From the human T2T-CHM13v2.0 reference genome, Homo sapiens: a stretch of 64,000 nt of DNA. This document shows positions 14,365 through 27,045 of this stretch, in pieces; within the stretch, counting starts at the first letter, position 1; each line of letters starts with the position of its first letter. A model generated the notes under the pieces. That model made no database searches. It worked only from the letters and a program-made list of their open reading frames with translations, and was not told the DNA's origin. Position numbers and translations under genes: made by a program. The stretch lies in assembly GCF_009914755.1 (NCBI RefSeq), contig NC_060948.1. One strand, given 5' to 3'.

Positions 14365-14842
14365 TGCCAGGTCCGACCTGCAGACCCTGGCCGAATGACA
14401 GATGAACAAATGCACTCTGATGCTGATGTCCAGTGAAAGAGTGGGCTAGGGGACCGGGCCACTTACAGAACATGAAAGGATCCTGTAAAGAGTCTGCAAC
14501 CCAAACTAGCTGGTGCTGTGGGCATTTATTTAGTACAGATTTAATGACAAAGGCGTGAGTCAACACTCTTTGTGGGTAAATAATATTGCTGGCCCCCCAA
14601 GTAGAGAGCAGTCCTGCACACAAATGATCAAAGTTAGGCCTTAGGACAATGAGTAAATAAGCTATTTAGATAAACTTCTGTATATTCCCTTGTTATTTGC
14701 TTTTTATTATTAGCTCAAGGTAAGCAGGTCAGGCTGCCTTCAGCCATAACCCTTTCCCAAAGCTTTTGTAAAAGCTTCCAGCCTTCCAATAAGGTTTGTA
14801 TCTTTCTACAATTTTTCCCACCACACTGATAGATCTCCTATA
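14365..14842 (-). mobile_element. LTR22-family LTR: 3' LTR of a HERV-K(HML-5) provirus
   Basis: Minus strand begins TATAGGAGATCTATCAGTGTGGTGGGAAAAATTGTAGAAAGA (LTR22 start as recalled), ends ..GTCGGACCTGGCA; preceded by polypurine tract AGAAAAGAGGGAGA. Confidence 0.82.
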
Positions 14843-16700
14843 TCTCCCTCTTTTCTGTTTTTAGCATCAGGTTTTGTTGATTGGAGAGTACAGGTGTGTG
14901 CAGCCACAGGCCTGTCAGGCATAGCAGTCATTGTTCGTATTCTGGCTTTATAGCCTAGAATTAGTAATTGACATCAGACAAATATGAGTATGAATAACAA
15001 CATTCCTTTCCATTCAAGGAGTGACCCCCAGGACTGGGGAGTCTAACCAGGAGAGACAATCTCATACACTCTTCCATATGGCCATTTGCTGGGTGCGTAG
15101 ATCTATGGCATTAGGGCATTCTAGGATTTTAGTTTGAAATTGCTTTATGTCTGCTGTTAAATTGTCATAAAAGTTTCCCCAGTGGTGTTATTTCACCTTA
15201 TCTCAACCATGTATTGATTGATTCCATGGTATAAAAGTGGCACAGATATGTCACTTCTATGCAACTGCCAGTTGCACTTTAATTGTTGTTGGAATGCCAG
15301 TGCATCTTGTCGCTTCCCTACATATTCCAAGGCAGCCTCAAGGGTTTTCAGACTTGCAAGAATCTTTTGATTTACACCTTGCCATAAGAGAATTTTATTA
15401 GACACATTTCTGGCCAAATTATCTACAAAAGTAGCTGTTCAACCTGATTCAGTAATAGATGCTACAGCAATGCTAGCAGTTGCTAGAATTACTATGGTGG
15501 GGATTATAAAGGCTATAAGTGTAACTATGAACCTTTTGTATCTGATCTGGGATACAGTATGTTCTAAGGTGGCAAGGGCAGAGGAACCTTGCCAATTGCA
15601 TGTCAAAATGATGGGTAGGAAAGCCTCAGATTGTCTCCTCAATACCATGACACTAGTAATATTTAAATTAGATATATCATAATTAGAGATACAAGAGGCA
15701 AACCAAGCCTGTCCCTGTACTAGGGTCAAAAATGTGAAGTTTTGGGGTGTAATAGAAATATTGGCTCCATAAGAAAAACATATGAATGGGTAGTGTGCAA
15801 ATCAGGCACTGATCAGGGTAATTATGAAAAAAGGTCATAGTATAATTGTGACTGGAATTATGATATGTCCCATGCCAGGTGTTAAAAGGGGTGCTAAGAT
15901 GTCCAGGCACCATAAAGTGTCTTGGGGTGACATGGACTTTACTTGAGGATGGAGACATGCCCATTCCCCTTTTGGACCAAATTATAGGGGAATGGGATGT
16001 GACTACAAAATTGTCATTATACCACGATAGACATGGACATCAGTATGATCACCCTGCAAATGTCTGTGGGGGCTCAAGTTTGAGATATTATAATTGCCTA
16101 TCTGGAGGCTATGAGCATTTTCCCAATGACAGACCTTCCAGCTAAAGTAGAACCCAGTGTTTTCTTAGCTTTGTTCTTTAGCACAGCGAGGAATGTTGGG
16201 GAAAGTGGCAATGATTGAATTGCCTGCTTTATGGCTACATGCACCTAAGACTGTTAAGGCTTTTCCTTTGCCATGATGTAGCCATACTTGTGTTTGGGCA
16301 GGTACACAGTAAGGTGTATAACTTTTACAATTTATACATAGTGGGAGGATTGTGGAGTGATATGTAGTGTTACCTGGCACCTTAGTCCAATATGTGCCAT
16401 CAATGAGGGACCCCACTGGGGGTAAATCTTTCCCTCACAGCCAAGCAGTTATGTTCTTAGAGGTTGGGAAGGGAGTGTCTGTCCAGGAGACAGGGCAAAG
16501 AAAGGTGGATCTAAAATATGAGCCCAGTACAATGTAGCAGGTACAGGTTGCAGACAAAGCGAGAGCATAAAAAGGATCAATACCCTACATGAGTTTCAGT
16601 GTACAACAGAGAGCATAGCAAAGAACAGATTACCTGGAGTGAATGGTGTCTGTGTCCAGAGCAGGATTTGCTCAGCCCCCTGAGTTGTCCCCTTCAGCAT
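14843..16700 (-). pseudogene. env: HML-5 env, fragmented
   Basis: ORF pieces 16165..16416, 15683..15964, 15439..15729 (RYKR furin-like site followed by hydrophobic fusion peptide FIVTLIAFII) and 15193..15417 (TM heptad, LKCNW). Confidence 0.85.
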
Positions 16701-19330
16701 CCCTCAGGTAATGTCTGGGGCTTGTATCATCTGCAGAAGCCGCATCGTCTGGGGCTTCAGGTCCTATAGGGTCATTTTCTTCCTTTCTGGTACTGGGTTG
16801 GGTCCCAGCCATGCCATGGTATGGTTTGATGTATGACGCTGGAATCCAAAGAGGACCTGAGGGGGTGTGAACACAAGCATGCCCTCTTCCCCATGTTAAC
16901 AATTCATTTGGACCACATCATCCATTATTGTTTCCATCTTTTCATAAAACTGCAGGTTTGTGTCTTGAGAGATTTTAGCAAAGTGCGCTTCTAGAGCTGA
17001 CTGAAATTTGTCATCTAAGTTTAAAACATTGACGGATAAATAGGGCTTGTTCTTGTAGTGTTGCAGGGTCCTTAGCCATACTACCCTTTTTCGTTTTCTG
17101 ATCAGACTTTTAAGGGTGGAGTGGGTACATTCTACCATGGCCTGTCCTTGGGGTTTATACAAGATGCCTGCGGAATGTTGGATATTACATTTGTGACAAA
17201 ATTGTTGGAATTGTGAGCTGGCATGCACTGGACCATTATCAGCTTACATTTTTGTGGGCCACCCCAAAAACGCAATAGTTAGAAGAAGATGTTTAATGAC
17301 ATCAAATGGACTCTTCAGGAAGAGTATGTGTACTAATTAGGTAAGTGTTGGTATCAACAGATACATGCACATATCTTAGCTCTTCAAATTCAGAAATGTG
17401 TGTAACATATGTTTTCCCTAACTGATTAGTTTCTAGTCCTCTAGGGTTAACACCTGTAGAAGAAGGGGATGTACCTATGGGATGGCAATCTGGGCATTGC
17501 AGGATAATTTGTTTAGCTAGTCTTTTGGTAAGTTGAAATTGTTTATATAAATTTCTCCAGTTTTGATGCGATGGAGTGGCTTGGTAAGGCAGCAATGTCA
17601 TAACCTGTAGGTCTGCTTGATTATTGACATAAGCCAATGGGCCAGAGAGTGAGCTATGGACTTGAATATGTGTGATAAAAATAGGATGTATACATTGACC
17701 TAGCAAATGCTGAAGTCTGAGAAAAAGTGCACACAGGGTGGGCTCCAGAGTGGATTTAGTGATAGCTCTCTCAAGGTTCCACAATTAATAAACAGAGTAT
17801 GCAGAGTCACTGACAACATTGATGGGCTGAGCAGAAAAAGTCTCCAAGGGCAATATTAAATCTCCAACCTCAGCTCTCTGAGTGCTAGTAAATCCAGAAT
17901 GAGTGAGGGAGCTATGTGGTCTCCACCAGACAACCGCTTTTCCATGTCTGCCAGAGCCATCAGTAAACAGTATTAAAGCATTAGGTATAGGTGATTGAAC
18001 TGTTTTTGTAGGCAAAACCACAGAAGTATGAGATAAGAATGGAAGGAGTCTGCTGGCAGAAAGGACATGCTCTATATGGCCTGTATAATCAGAGAGTGCT
18101 ATTTGCACATCCATAGATAAGGGCAATACTGCTTCAAATTGCTTTTTACTTAAAGGAATTCTGATAGTATCAGGGCCATAAGATAATAACAGACTGCATT
18201 GCCTGTGGCCTGAATAGATGACTTTACTGGCCAATGGCATATAGGAAGAGAGTGTTTTAGTCCCAGTATGTGAGCAAAAAAACCATTCCAGAAAGTGTAG
18301 CCCTAGGGCCATCTGTCCTATTAACCCTGTTGGGGAGTGTTTATTGGGAAAAATAAACAACAGAACTGAATATCTTGGATCTATGTTACCTAGCTGCCTT
18401 TGAGAAATAGCTTATTCTATTTCTTCAATTTCCTTTTTTGCTGCAGGAGTTACATATCTGGGAGAGTCTATGGCTGTATTGCCCTTTAGGATAGAAAACG
18501 GGTTTTGTAACTTATCAGTAGTTATGCCCAAGGTGGGGTGAAGCCAATTAATATTACCCAGTAATTTCTTATAACCATTCAAGGTGTGTAATTGCTAGTA
18601 TTTAATTTAACATTTTGAGATCGTACTGACTGGGAAGTTAGTATGTATTGAAGATATTTCCAAGGAGAGGACATTTGTACTTTTTCAGGTGTTAGGATTA
18701 AACCTCTTAACTGTGTATCATTTACAACAGAGGTATATAAACTTAAAAGTATTGGCTCCATTGGGGCTGCTAGGAAAATATCATCCATAAAATGAATAAT
18801 CTTGCAATCAGGAAATTGTTTTTGACTGGGGAGGAAAGCCTTATTTACATGATGCTTACTCATGGCAGGACTGTTTAGCATCCCTTGAAGAAGCACTTTC
18901 CAATAAAATCAGTGAGCTGGCCTTTCATTATTGATAGCTGGCATTGTAGATACAAAGTTTTCCTTGTCCTGTTCTGCTAGAGGAATAGTATAAAAGCAAT
19001 CTTTTAAGTCAATAACAATTACAGGTCAATCTCGAGGAATCACCATGGGGGAGGTGAGCCCCTGCTGAAGGGGCCCCATAGGTTGCAAATTTGCATTGAT
19101 GGCATGTAAGTCATGCAAAACTCTCCATTTGCCAGACTTTTTGAGAATGACAAAAATGGGCAAATTCCAAGGGCTTGATGGTTCTATATGGCTGGCTTTT
19201 CATTGCTCCTCAACTAACTCATTGGCTCTTTGTAATTTCTCTCCCTTCAAAGGCCACTCTTTTACCCAAATTGGATCTTGAGAGTCACATCAAGGGTAGG
19301 GGAGAAATAAGAGTGGCCATTACTACAAAA
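16700..19330 (-). pseudogene. pol: HML-5 (betaretroviral) pol: RT-RNaseH-IN, frameshifted
   Basis: LQGMLNSP..IIHFMDD (RT, 18579..18896); LFTDGSG..STQRAE..VVSDSAY (RNase H); ILQCPDC..VHVSVDT and GILYKPQGQAMVE (IN); WGRGHACV (IN C-terminus). Confidence 0.93.
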
Positions 19331-19795
19331 GGGTTTCCTGTTCACATAAGTTGTCAAATTCTGCCCTCCAGAGGAGGTATTGATTAGAGTTTAAAGTTGA
19401 TTTAGCTAGCACTGACCAATCCTATAGAGTCATACAGAAGTTGTCAGCCATGGCCTTAATTAATCTTTTGACAAATGGACTAGTAACTCCACTCTCTAAT
19501 GCTTTTTCTTAATTCTTTCTGTGCCTGGTTGCCTTGTTAATCTTGCAATGCTAGGCAGGCTAAGAGCTCCCCTTCTAATGCCGCTTGCCTAAGACACGTT
19601 CCCATAGCTGTACATATCCCTTGTCTTTCTTTCCAATTTATTGGAGGAGAAGGCTAAGGCAAAAACGTCTGTTTCTTCCTTGTTATTTTGGCCCAGTGTT
19701 AGTGGGGCTGAGGAATAAGGAGGTGGTAAGATAGGTGATAATTCTTCCTCCCTTCCTTCTTTAGGCTTTTCTGTGTATATTGAGAATCTGCTTGT
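19330..19795 (-). pseudogene. gag: HML-5 partial gag remnant; pro largely deleted; 5' gag and 5' LTR absent
   Basis: PILPPPYSSAP proline-rich late-domain-like motif in ORF 19589..19849; only ~0.45 kb lies between the pol start and the L1 junction. Confidence 0.65.
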
Positions 19796-19796
19796 A

Positions 19797-22015
19797 GAGG
19801 GAGGGTGTAGCCAAGATGGCCAACTAGAAGCAGTGGTGTTTGGAGGCACCCATCAAAATAAATAAATAAATAAATAAATAATAAAAGCATATGAATTATT
19901 CATCAGCAACAAAGGTATCCAAGTTCTCTCATCAAAACTGAAAAGGTACCTAATGTGACCCCACCAAGAGAAGGAAGAACAGTTTGGTGAGATGACCCAA
20001 CTAAGAGCCACAAAGCGCAAAGGAGTCCCCTCCCCCAGCCAAGGGAAGCAGTGAGTGAGCATTTTACCCAGGTGGGAAAGGTTGAAAAGTCCCACTCACT
20101 AACTCACACCATCAGGACCTGGCATCTCAATCCTGGAAAGTGCAATTTCTTACAGCCTCTCAGCTAAAATCTGCTTATGCCTACTGAATTACCAGGAGGA
20201 GGAACAACCAGTACTGCAGCTGTGGCTGTCTGCTCTCTAAGCCATATGAACTCTCTGGGGGAGTGACAGCAGCCAGCACTGGGATACAGAAATGCCTAAC
20301 ACTCTAAGCTACTGCGACAGGGGGAGGTTGACACCCATCTTTGCAGCTCCAGGTTATGCTTTTGTCCTGCTGGAGCCAGGGAAGCTAGAGAGCTAGGTAC
20401 ACAATGTTTTCCCCCACAGTCCAACACACTGGTTGTGGCAGTCTGTGGCCAGAGTGTACCTTCAAGGCCTGTCATGACCCATCTTTCCTCATTGGGTGTG
20501 GCTTCCCTGAAGGAACTCTGATAACTCCAGCCAGGGAATCAGAGACAGAACTTGGATTTCCCTGGGCCTGAGCCCCTATGGAGAGAAGTGGCCACAGTTT
20601 CTGTGGACCAGCCAACTTAGCCTCACCTCTTGGTAGTTATGAGGAATCTGGCCTGCCCAGATTAGTGAGTTTCCCCCCAGCAAAGCACACTCCCTCCATC
20701 AAGGGACAAAGTGCTTCATTAAATGGGTCCTAATCTCCATGCCACCCAACTGAGTGAGACACTCCAACAAGGATTGTCAGACACACTGTACAGGAGAAAT
20801 CCTACTGGCATTGTTGGTGCCCCTTGAGGTCAGAGGTCCCCGAAGAAGGACCAGACACCTGTCTTTGCTGTTCTCTAGTCTCCTCAAGTGACATCTCAAG
20901 GCACAGGAAAAATCAGATGAATGAGGCCTCAAGTGAACTCCCAGGAAAACACAGCAGCCCTATACAGAAGGGACCAGACCTTTTCGGGGGGGTGGGGTAG
21001 AAGAAGAAACAGAAAAAAACAACAACAGCAACAACAAAAAAAAAACCCCACAAAAATCCCATCTGAGGGTTAGTAGCTTCAAAGGCTAAATAATTTGACA
21101 AACTCACAAAGTGAAAAAATGTTAAAAACCCATAAGAACAGAGGGCCTCTTTTCTTTCAAATGATCACAGTGTCTCCCCATGATGAGCACTGCACTGGAT
21201 GGGAGATCTGATGCAGGAATTGACAGAAGCAGTCTTCAGAAGATGGGTAATAAATACCTATGTTGAACTAAAAAAGCATGTTCAACCCAATGCAAAGTTC
21301 AGAACCTTCATTAAAAATTAGAGGAATTTCTAACTAGAATAACCAGTTTAGAGAGAAACATAAATGACATGATGGAGTTGAAAAACAAGGCATGAGAACT
21401 TTGTGAGGCATACACAAGTATCAATACCTGAATCAACCAGGCAGAAGAAATAATATCAGAGTTTGAAGACTGCCATGCTGAAATAACGCATGAAGAAAAT
21501 ATTCAAGATAAAAAAATTAAAAGAATAAACAAAGCCTGCAAGAAATATGGGACTTCAAAAAAAGACTGAACCATCTATTGATTGGCATATGAGAAGGAGA
21601 TGAAGAGAATGGAAAGAAGCTGGAAAACACACTTCAGGATACTAGCCAGGAGCACATTCCCAACCTAACAAGACTGGCCAACATGCAAATTTGGGAAATA
21701 CAGACAGCACCATTAAAATACTCTACAAAAAGATCAACCCCAAAACAGATAATCATCAGATTCTCCAAGGTGTAAATAAAGGAAAATTTGTTCAGTGCAA
21801 TCAGAGAAAAAGGTAGGTCACCTACAAAGAGATTCCAATCAGACTAACAGCAGACCACTCAGCACAAACTCTACAAGTCAGAAGAGATTGGGGGCCAATA
21901 TTCAAAATTCTAAAGAAAAAAATTTTCAGCTCAGAATTTTATATCCAGCCAAATAAGCTTCAGAAGTGAAGTAAAAAAAAAAAATCTTTTACACAAATCC
22001 TGAGCATTTGTCATA
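19797..22015 (+). mobile_element. Old primate L1 (L1PA8-L1PA13-like) 5'UTR plus most of ORF1, 3'-truncated
   Basis: Starts gccaagatggccaactagaagcag; ORF1-like sequence (ggtcacctacaaa..atcagactaacagcaga..agagattgggggccaatattc) ends abruptly near 22010 with no ORF2 or poly-A. Confidence 0.85.
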
Positions 22016-22019
22016 TCTA

Positions 22020-22092
22020 GGTCTCTGACAAATAAAGGACCCTTAAATTCATCTCAATGTGTGGCATTTCTCTAACTTATTCGGGTAAAACA
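22020..22092 (+). mobile_element. 3' terminal fragment of an LTR (LTR18-like)
   Basis: AATAAA followed by ggacccttaaattcatctcaatgtgtggcatttctctaacttattcgggtaaaaca, resembling the recalled U5 end of LTR18. Confidence 0.5.
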
Positions 22093-24353
22093 CTTGTTAT
22101 GTAGTATAATTAGAAGCATGTATATTCAAGGGGACTAGATATGCAATTTGTTCTATTATTCTAGTCATTCATTTCTCAATTCTAAAGTTTCATATGCCAT
22201 AGTGAAGATGCTCATCTTCTTCTAGGAACAACCATTGCCAGAAGTCAGGTAGCTAATTGGCAATTTCCCAGCTCAATTATTATATCCCAAAACTCCCATC
22301 ACCATTTAATGGGGTACTACTGTCACTCCATATTGGCAAATTCTCTTGTTTTCTGTCCATGAGCACAGCTTCCAACAGCTTTGTGCTGGATCTTTTGATA
22401 ATGGTTGGGTTATGTTCAGGGAAGGGAAGATTTTAACTAAAAAAAGAGTTTGCAGAAAGAAATTTCAAAGAAGCAAAGAGGGAAATTCTCTTACACTAGT
22501 TGCCCTCCCAGGGATGAATCAATGCAAATGAACATCTTTCCCTCAAAGCTGAGAACAAGCTTCTAGAAAGAACAATTGATAATCAGCAGTTTAGTTGCCA
22601 CAATGGAAAGATGTTTACCTAAATATAAGTTTGCAGAAAGGCATGGAAGGAGAGCAAGAGGGAAAATTCTTTTATTACACATGCTGTTCCATAAACCCAT
22701 AAGATGAATAAGTATCACCCTTTGAAAGCTGAAAAGATTTGTGTGGGAACTCTTGATTATGAGTGGTTTTCTTTCAGAAAAGGAAAGATGATTTCATAAA
22801 GATAAATTTGTAGACAAGACTTACAAACAGCCAAAGGGCAATTCTCTAATTCCAGTGGTTCTAGGAAGCCTGCCATACAAATGTTTAGTTCTCAAAACTG
22901 ACAACCTTGGTGCCAAAACTATTGATGACTGGTGTGTTTTATTTGTTTTGTTTTCTTTTTAAAAAGAAAGACTTTAACAAAATAAAATTTGGCAGGTGTT
23001 TAGACGGAGCAAGAGAAAATTTGTCTTAGCCCAGTGGTGCTCATAAAAACTCAGCAATAAAAACAAATAATCAGTTTTCAAAGCTGAAAAGATTATGCTG
23101 GACTCTTCATCATGACAATTTTTTTTATGAGAGAAAAGATTCTTATTACAATATAAATTTGCAAGCATTTAGAAGGAACAAAGAGAGAAATCCTCTCAAA
23201 TCAGGGCCCTTTTAGGGATTGTCAATAGGCAAAAATATCCAGGTCTGAAACCTGACAACAAGCTTTCTGGCAAAAGTCTTGATAATTAGTTTTCCTTTTT
23301 TTTTAAATCATAAAAAGATGTTTACATGATGAAAAGTTTGCAGATAGATATTTAGAAGGAGCAACGAGGGGAATTCTTTCACACATGCGGTTCTTTTCTG
23401 GAACAGTCTAAAAAAAAAGAAGGCACACATCTGGCCTTGAAATCTGATAACTACAGTTGTTTCACAACTCTTGAAGATGAGATATTTTTCACGAAAAATA
23501 TTTCAACACAAAAAAATATTTATAGACAGATGTTTCAAATAGAGAAGAAGAAACATTTTCACACTAGTGGGCCTTCTAGGGGCCCCACAAAACCACTGAA
23601 TATTCATCCCTGAGAAAACAAGCTTTGTGTTAGAAGTCTTGATGAAAGTCTCTTTAGTTTTAGGAAATGGAAGATATTTACATAAGAAGAAATTTATAAG
23701 CAGGCATTTAGAAGAAACAAGGAGGATAACTAAAACTTCACAAAAAAAAAGAAAAAAAGTGTGTAACCCGACATTTTAAAGTAACAAAAAGGGGAATTCT
23801 CTCACATCAGTGGCCCCACTGAAGAACCATCAAAATGAATGAATATTCCACCCTGAAAGCTGACAACTATTTTTGTTCTATTTTTTTGATGATGGGTAAT
23901 TATCTTTTAGGAAAGAAAAGATTTTAACGAAAACACAAGTTGGCACACAGGTATTTAAAAGCAGCAAAAAGAAAAAGGTTCTCTTCTGCCACTGGTTTCT
24001 CTTAGAAAACCATCTACATGAATGAATATCTACGTTTCAAAGCTGAGAACCAAATTGTGTGCCAGATCTCTTGGTAAACTGTGGTTTTCTTTTGAGAAGG
24101 AAATATATATATGGAGGAGTTATATATATGCATTTATATTGAGCAGGAAGACCTTTCGCACCAGTGGCCCTTCCAGAGACCTTTAAGAACAAATAAATAT
24201 CCAACACGAAAAGCTTACTACAAACATTGGGGCAAAATTCATGATGATAGTCAGTTCTATCTTAAATATAAAAATACATATTTAGGAGAGAAAACTTCAA
24301 ACAGACATTTAAAAGAAGCTAGGAGGGCAATTCTTTTACTTCAGTGGCCCTTG

Positions 24354-24862
24354 TGTGTCTGGAGTTGGTTTCTTCCAGTGGGTTTGTGGTCTTGCTGACT
24401 TCAAGAATTAAGTGGTGGACCTTTGCAGTGAGTGTTACAGCTGTTAAAAGTGGCACAGACCCAATGAGTGAGCAGCAGCAAGATTTATTGTGAAGAGTGA
24501 AAGAACAAGACGTCTACACCATGGATGGGGACCCAAGCATGTTGATGCTGCTGGCTGGAGTGGCCAGCTTTTATTCCCTCATTTGTCCCTGCCCGTGTCC
24601 TGCTCATTAGTCCATTTTACAAAGTGCTGATTGGTCCATTTTACAAACCTCTAGCTAGCTACAGAGTGTTGATTGGTGCATTTTTGCAGAGCACTGATTG
24701 GTGCATTTTACAAACATCTAGCTAGTAGCTGAGCACTGATGGATGCGTTTCACAGTACTAGCTATGGAGTGCTGATTGGTGCATTTTACAATTCTCTTGT
24801 AAGACAGAAAAGTTCTCCAGGTCCCCACTTGACCCAGGAAGTCCAGCTGGCTTCACCTCTCA
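24354..24862 (-). mobile_element. LTR12-family (ERV9) solo LTR, short form
   Basis: tgtgtctggagttggtttcttcc...cagctggcttcacctctca with repeated gctgattggtgcattttaca (CCAAT/NF-Y on minus strand); TSD CTTG / CTAG. Confidence 0.9.
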
Positions 24863-25321
24863 CTAGCAAAGAACCAACTAAACAACACTGACAGCTGACC
24901 ATAAGATTTGTGACAGAATCCTTGATGATGAGAGGTTTACAGAGAAAAAAAAGCTTTTACATTTAAAAGGAGTTTGCATATAGGTATTTAGAAAAAGCAA
25001 AAAATAATTTTCCTACATCAGTGAGAAAACAGAGTACCATGGAAATGAATACATGAATACATATTTATAAAGTTGACAAAAACATTGTGCCAAAACACTT
25101 ATTAAAAAACAGTTTTCTTATAGGGAAGAAAAGATTTCAATGTATAAAAAATTTAGTACACAAACATTTAGAAGAATAAGAAGGAAAATTATTTTATGCC
25201 TATGGACCTCCTAGAAATTTATTAATGCAAATGAATATCTGGTTCTCAAATCTGAAAACTAGTTTGTGTTGGAACTCTTTTTAATGAGTGGTTTTCTTTC
25301 AGGAAAAGAAAGAATTTAACA

Positions 25322-25790
25322 TGTGAAAAGGAAATAGGTCTTGGAGACCCAAAATCATTAGGCTAAATGGAAAAGTCAAGCTGGAAACTGCTTAGGGCCA
25401 ACCTGCCTCCAATTCTATTCAAAGTCACCTCTCTACTCAATGAGATAAATGTGTATCTAGTTGCCTCCTTTAGAGAGTCTAGTCAGAAACTGAAAAGAAT
25501 ACAACCATTTGTCTCTTACCTACTTATGATCTGGAAGCACCCTCCTCTCTTTGAGTCTTTCCACCTTTCTTTCAAATTGTTCTGCCTTTCCAGACCAAAC
25601 CAGTGTTTAGCTTACATACATTGATTAATGTTTCATATCTTCCTAAAATATGTAAAACAAAACTGTGCTTTCACTACCCTAGGTGCCTGTCGTGAGAATC
25701 TCCTGAGACTGTGTCAAAAGTATGTGTCCTCAACCTTGACAAAACAAACTGTCTAAATTAACTAACCTATCTCAGATTTTCAGGGTTTAA
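25322..25790 (+). mobile_element. MER4A-like ERV1 solo LTR
   Basis: tgtgaaaaggaaata..gaaaagtcaagctggaaactgcttagggc...ctcagattttcagggttt. Confidence 0.8.
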
Positions 25791-25924
25791 AAATACAAAA
25801 AAAAAAATTGCAGACAGACATTTAGAAGAGTAATAAATGGAATTATTTTATGCCAATGACATCCAGGGACCAACTGGAATCAATGAATGTTAGCATTGAG
25901 TTGCCAACAAGCTTTTTGATGGAA

Positions 25925-27045
25925 CTTTTTTTTTATATTTTAAATTTTAGTGTACATGTGCACAATGTATAGGTTAGTTTTATATATATATATATATGCA
26001 TGCCATGTTAGTGTGCTGCACCCAGCAACTCATCATTTAACATTAGGTATATCTCCTAATGCTATCCCTCCCTCTCCCACACCCCACAACAGGCCCCAGT
26101 GTGTGATGTTCCTCTTCCTGTGTCCATGTGTTCTCATTGTCCAATTCCCACCTATGAGTGAGAACATGTAGTGTTTGGTTTTCTGTCCTTGCAATAGTTT
26201 GCTGAGAATGAAGGTTTCCAGCTTCATCCATGTCCCAACAAAGGACATGAACTCATCATTTTTTATGGCTGCCTAGTATTCCATGGTATATATGTGCCAC
26301 ACTTTCTTAATCCAGTCTATCATTGTTGGACATTTGGGTTGGTTCCAAGTCTTTGCTATTGTGAATAGTGCCGCAATAAACATACGTGTGCATGTGTCTT
26401 TATAGCAGCATGTTTTATAGTCCTCTGGGTATATACCAAGTAATGGGATGGCTGGGTCAAATGGTATTTCTAGTTCTAGATCCCTGAGGAATCGCCACAC
26501 TGACTTCCACAATGGTTGAACTAGTTTACAGTCCCACCAACAATATAGAAGTGTTCCTATTTCTCCACATCCTGTCCAGCACCTGTTGTTTCCTGACTTT
26601 TTAATGATTGCCATTCTAACTGGTGTGAGATGGTATCTCATTGTGGTTTTGAATTGCATTTCTCTGATGGCCAGTGATGATGAGCATTTTTCATGGGTCT
26701 TTTGGCTACAGAAATGTCTTCTTTTGAGAAGTATCTGTTCATATCCTTCACCCACTTTTTGATGGGGTTGTTTGTTTTTTTCTTCTAAATTTGTTTGAAT
26801 TCATTGTAGATTCTGGATATTAGCCCTTTGTCAGATGCCTAGATTGCAAAAATTTTCTCCCATTCTGTAGGTTGCCTGTTCACTCTGATGGTAGTTTCTT
26901 TTGCTGTGAAGAAGCTCTTTAGTTTAATTAGATCCCATTTGTCAATTTTGGCTTTTGTTGCCATTGCTTTTGGTGTTTTAGACACGAAGTCCTTGCCCAT
27001 GCCTATGTCCTGAATGGTATTGCCTAGGTTTCTTCTAGGGTTTTT
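25925..27045 (-). mobile_element. 5'-truncated L1PA (PA4-6-like), ORF2 C-terminus plus 3'UTR
   Basis: ORF 26273..26755 [32 protein letters not shown]; typical L1PA 3'UTR. Confidence 0.95.

Noticed and set aside
15193-18896. HERV-K pol/env ORFs as a possible domesticated gene
   Set aside because: Fragmented into pieces under 200 aa, with the catalytic motif altered; no intact reading frame.
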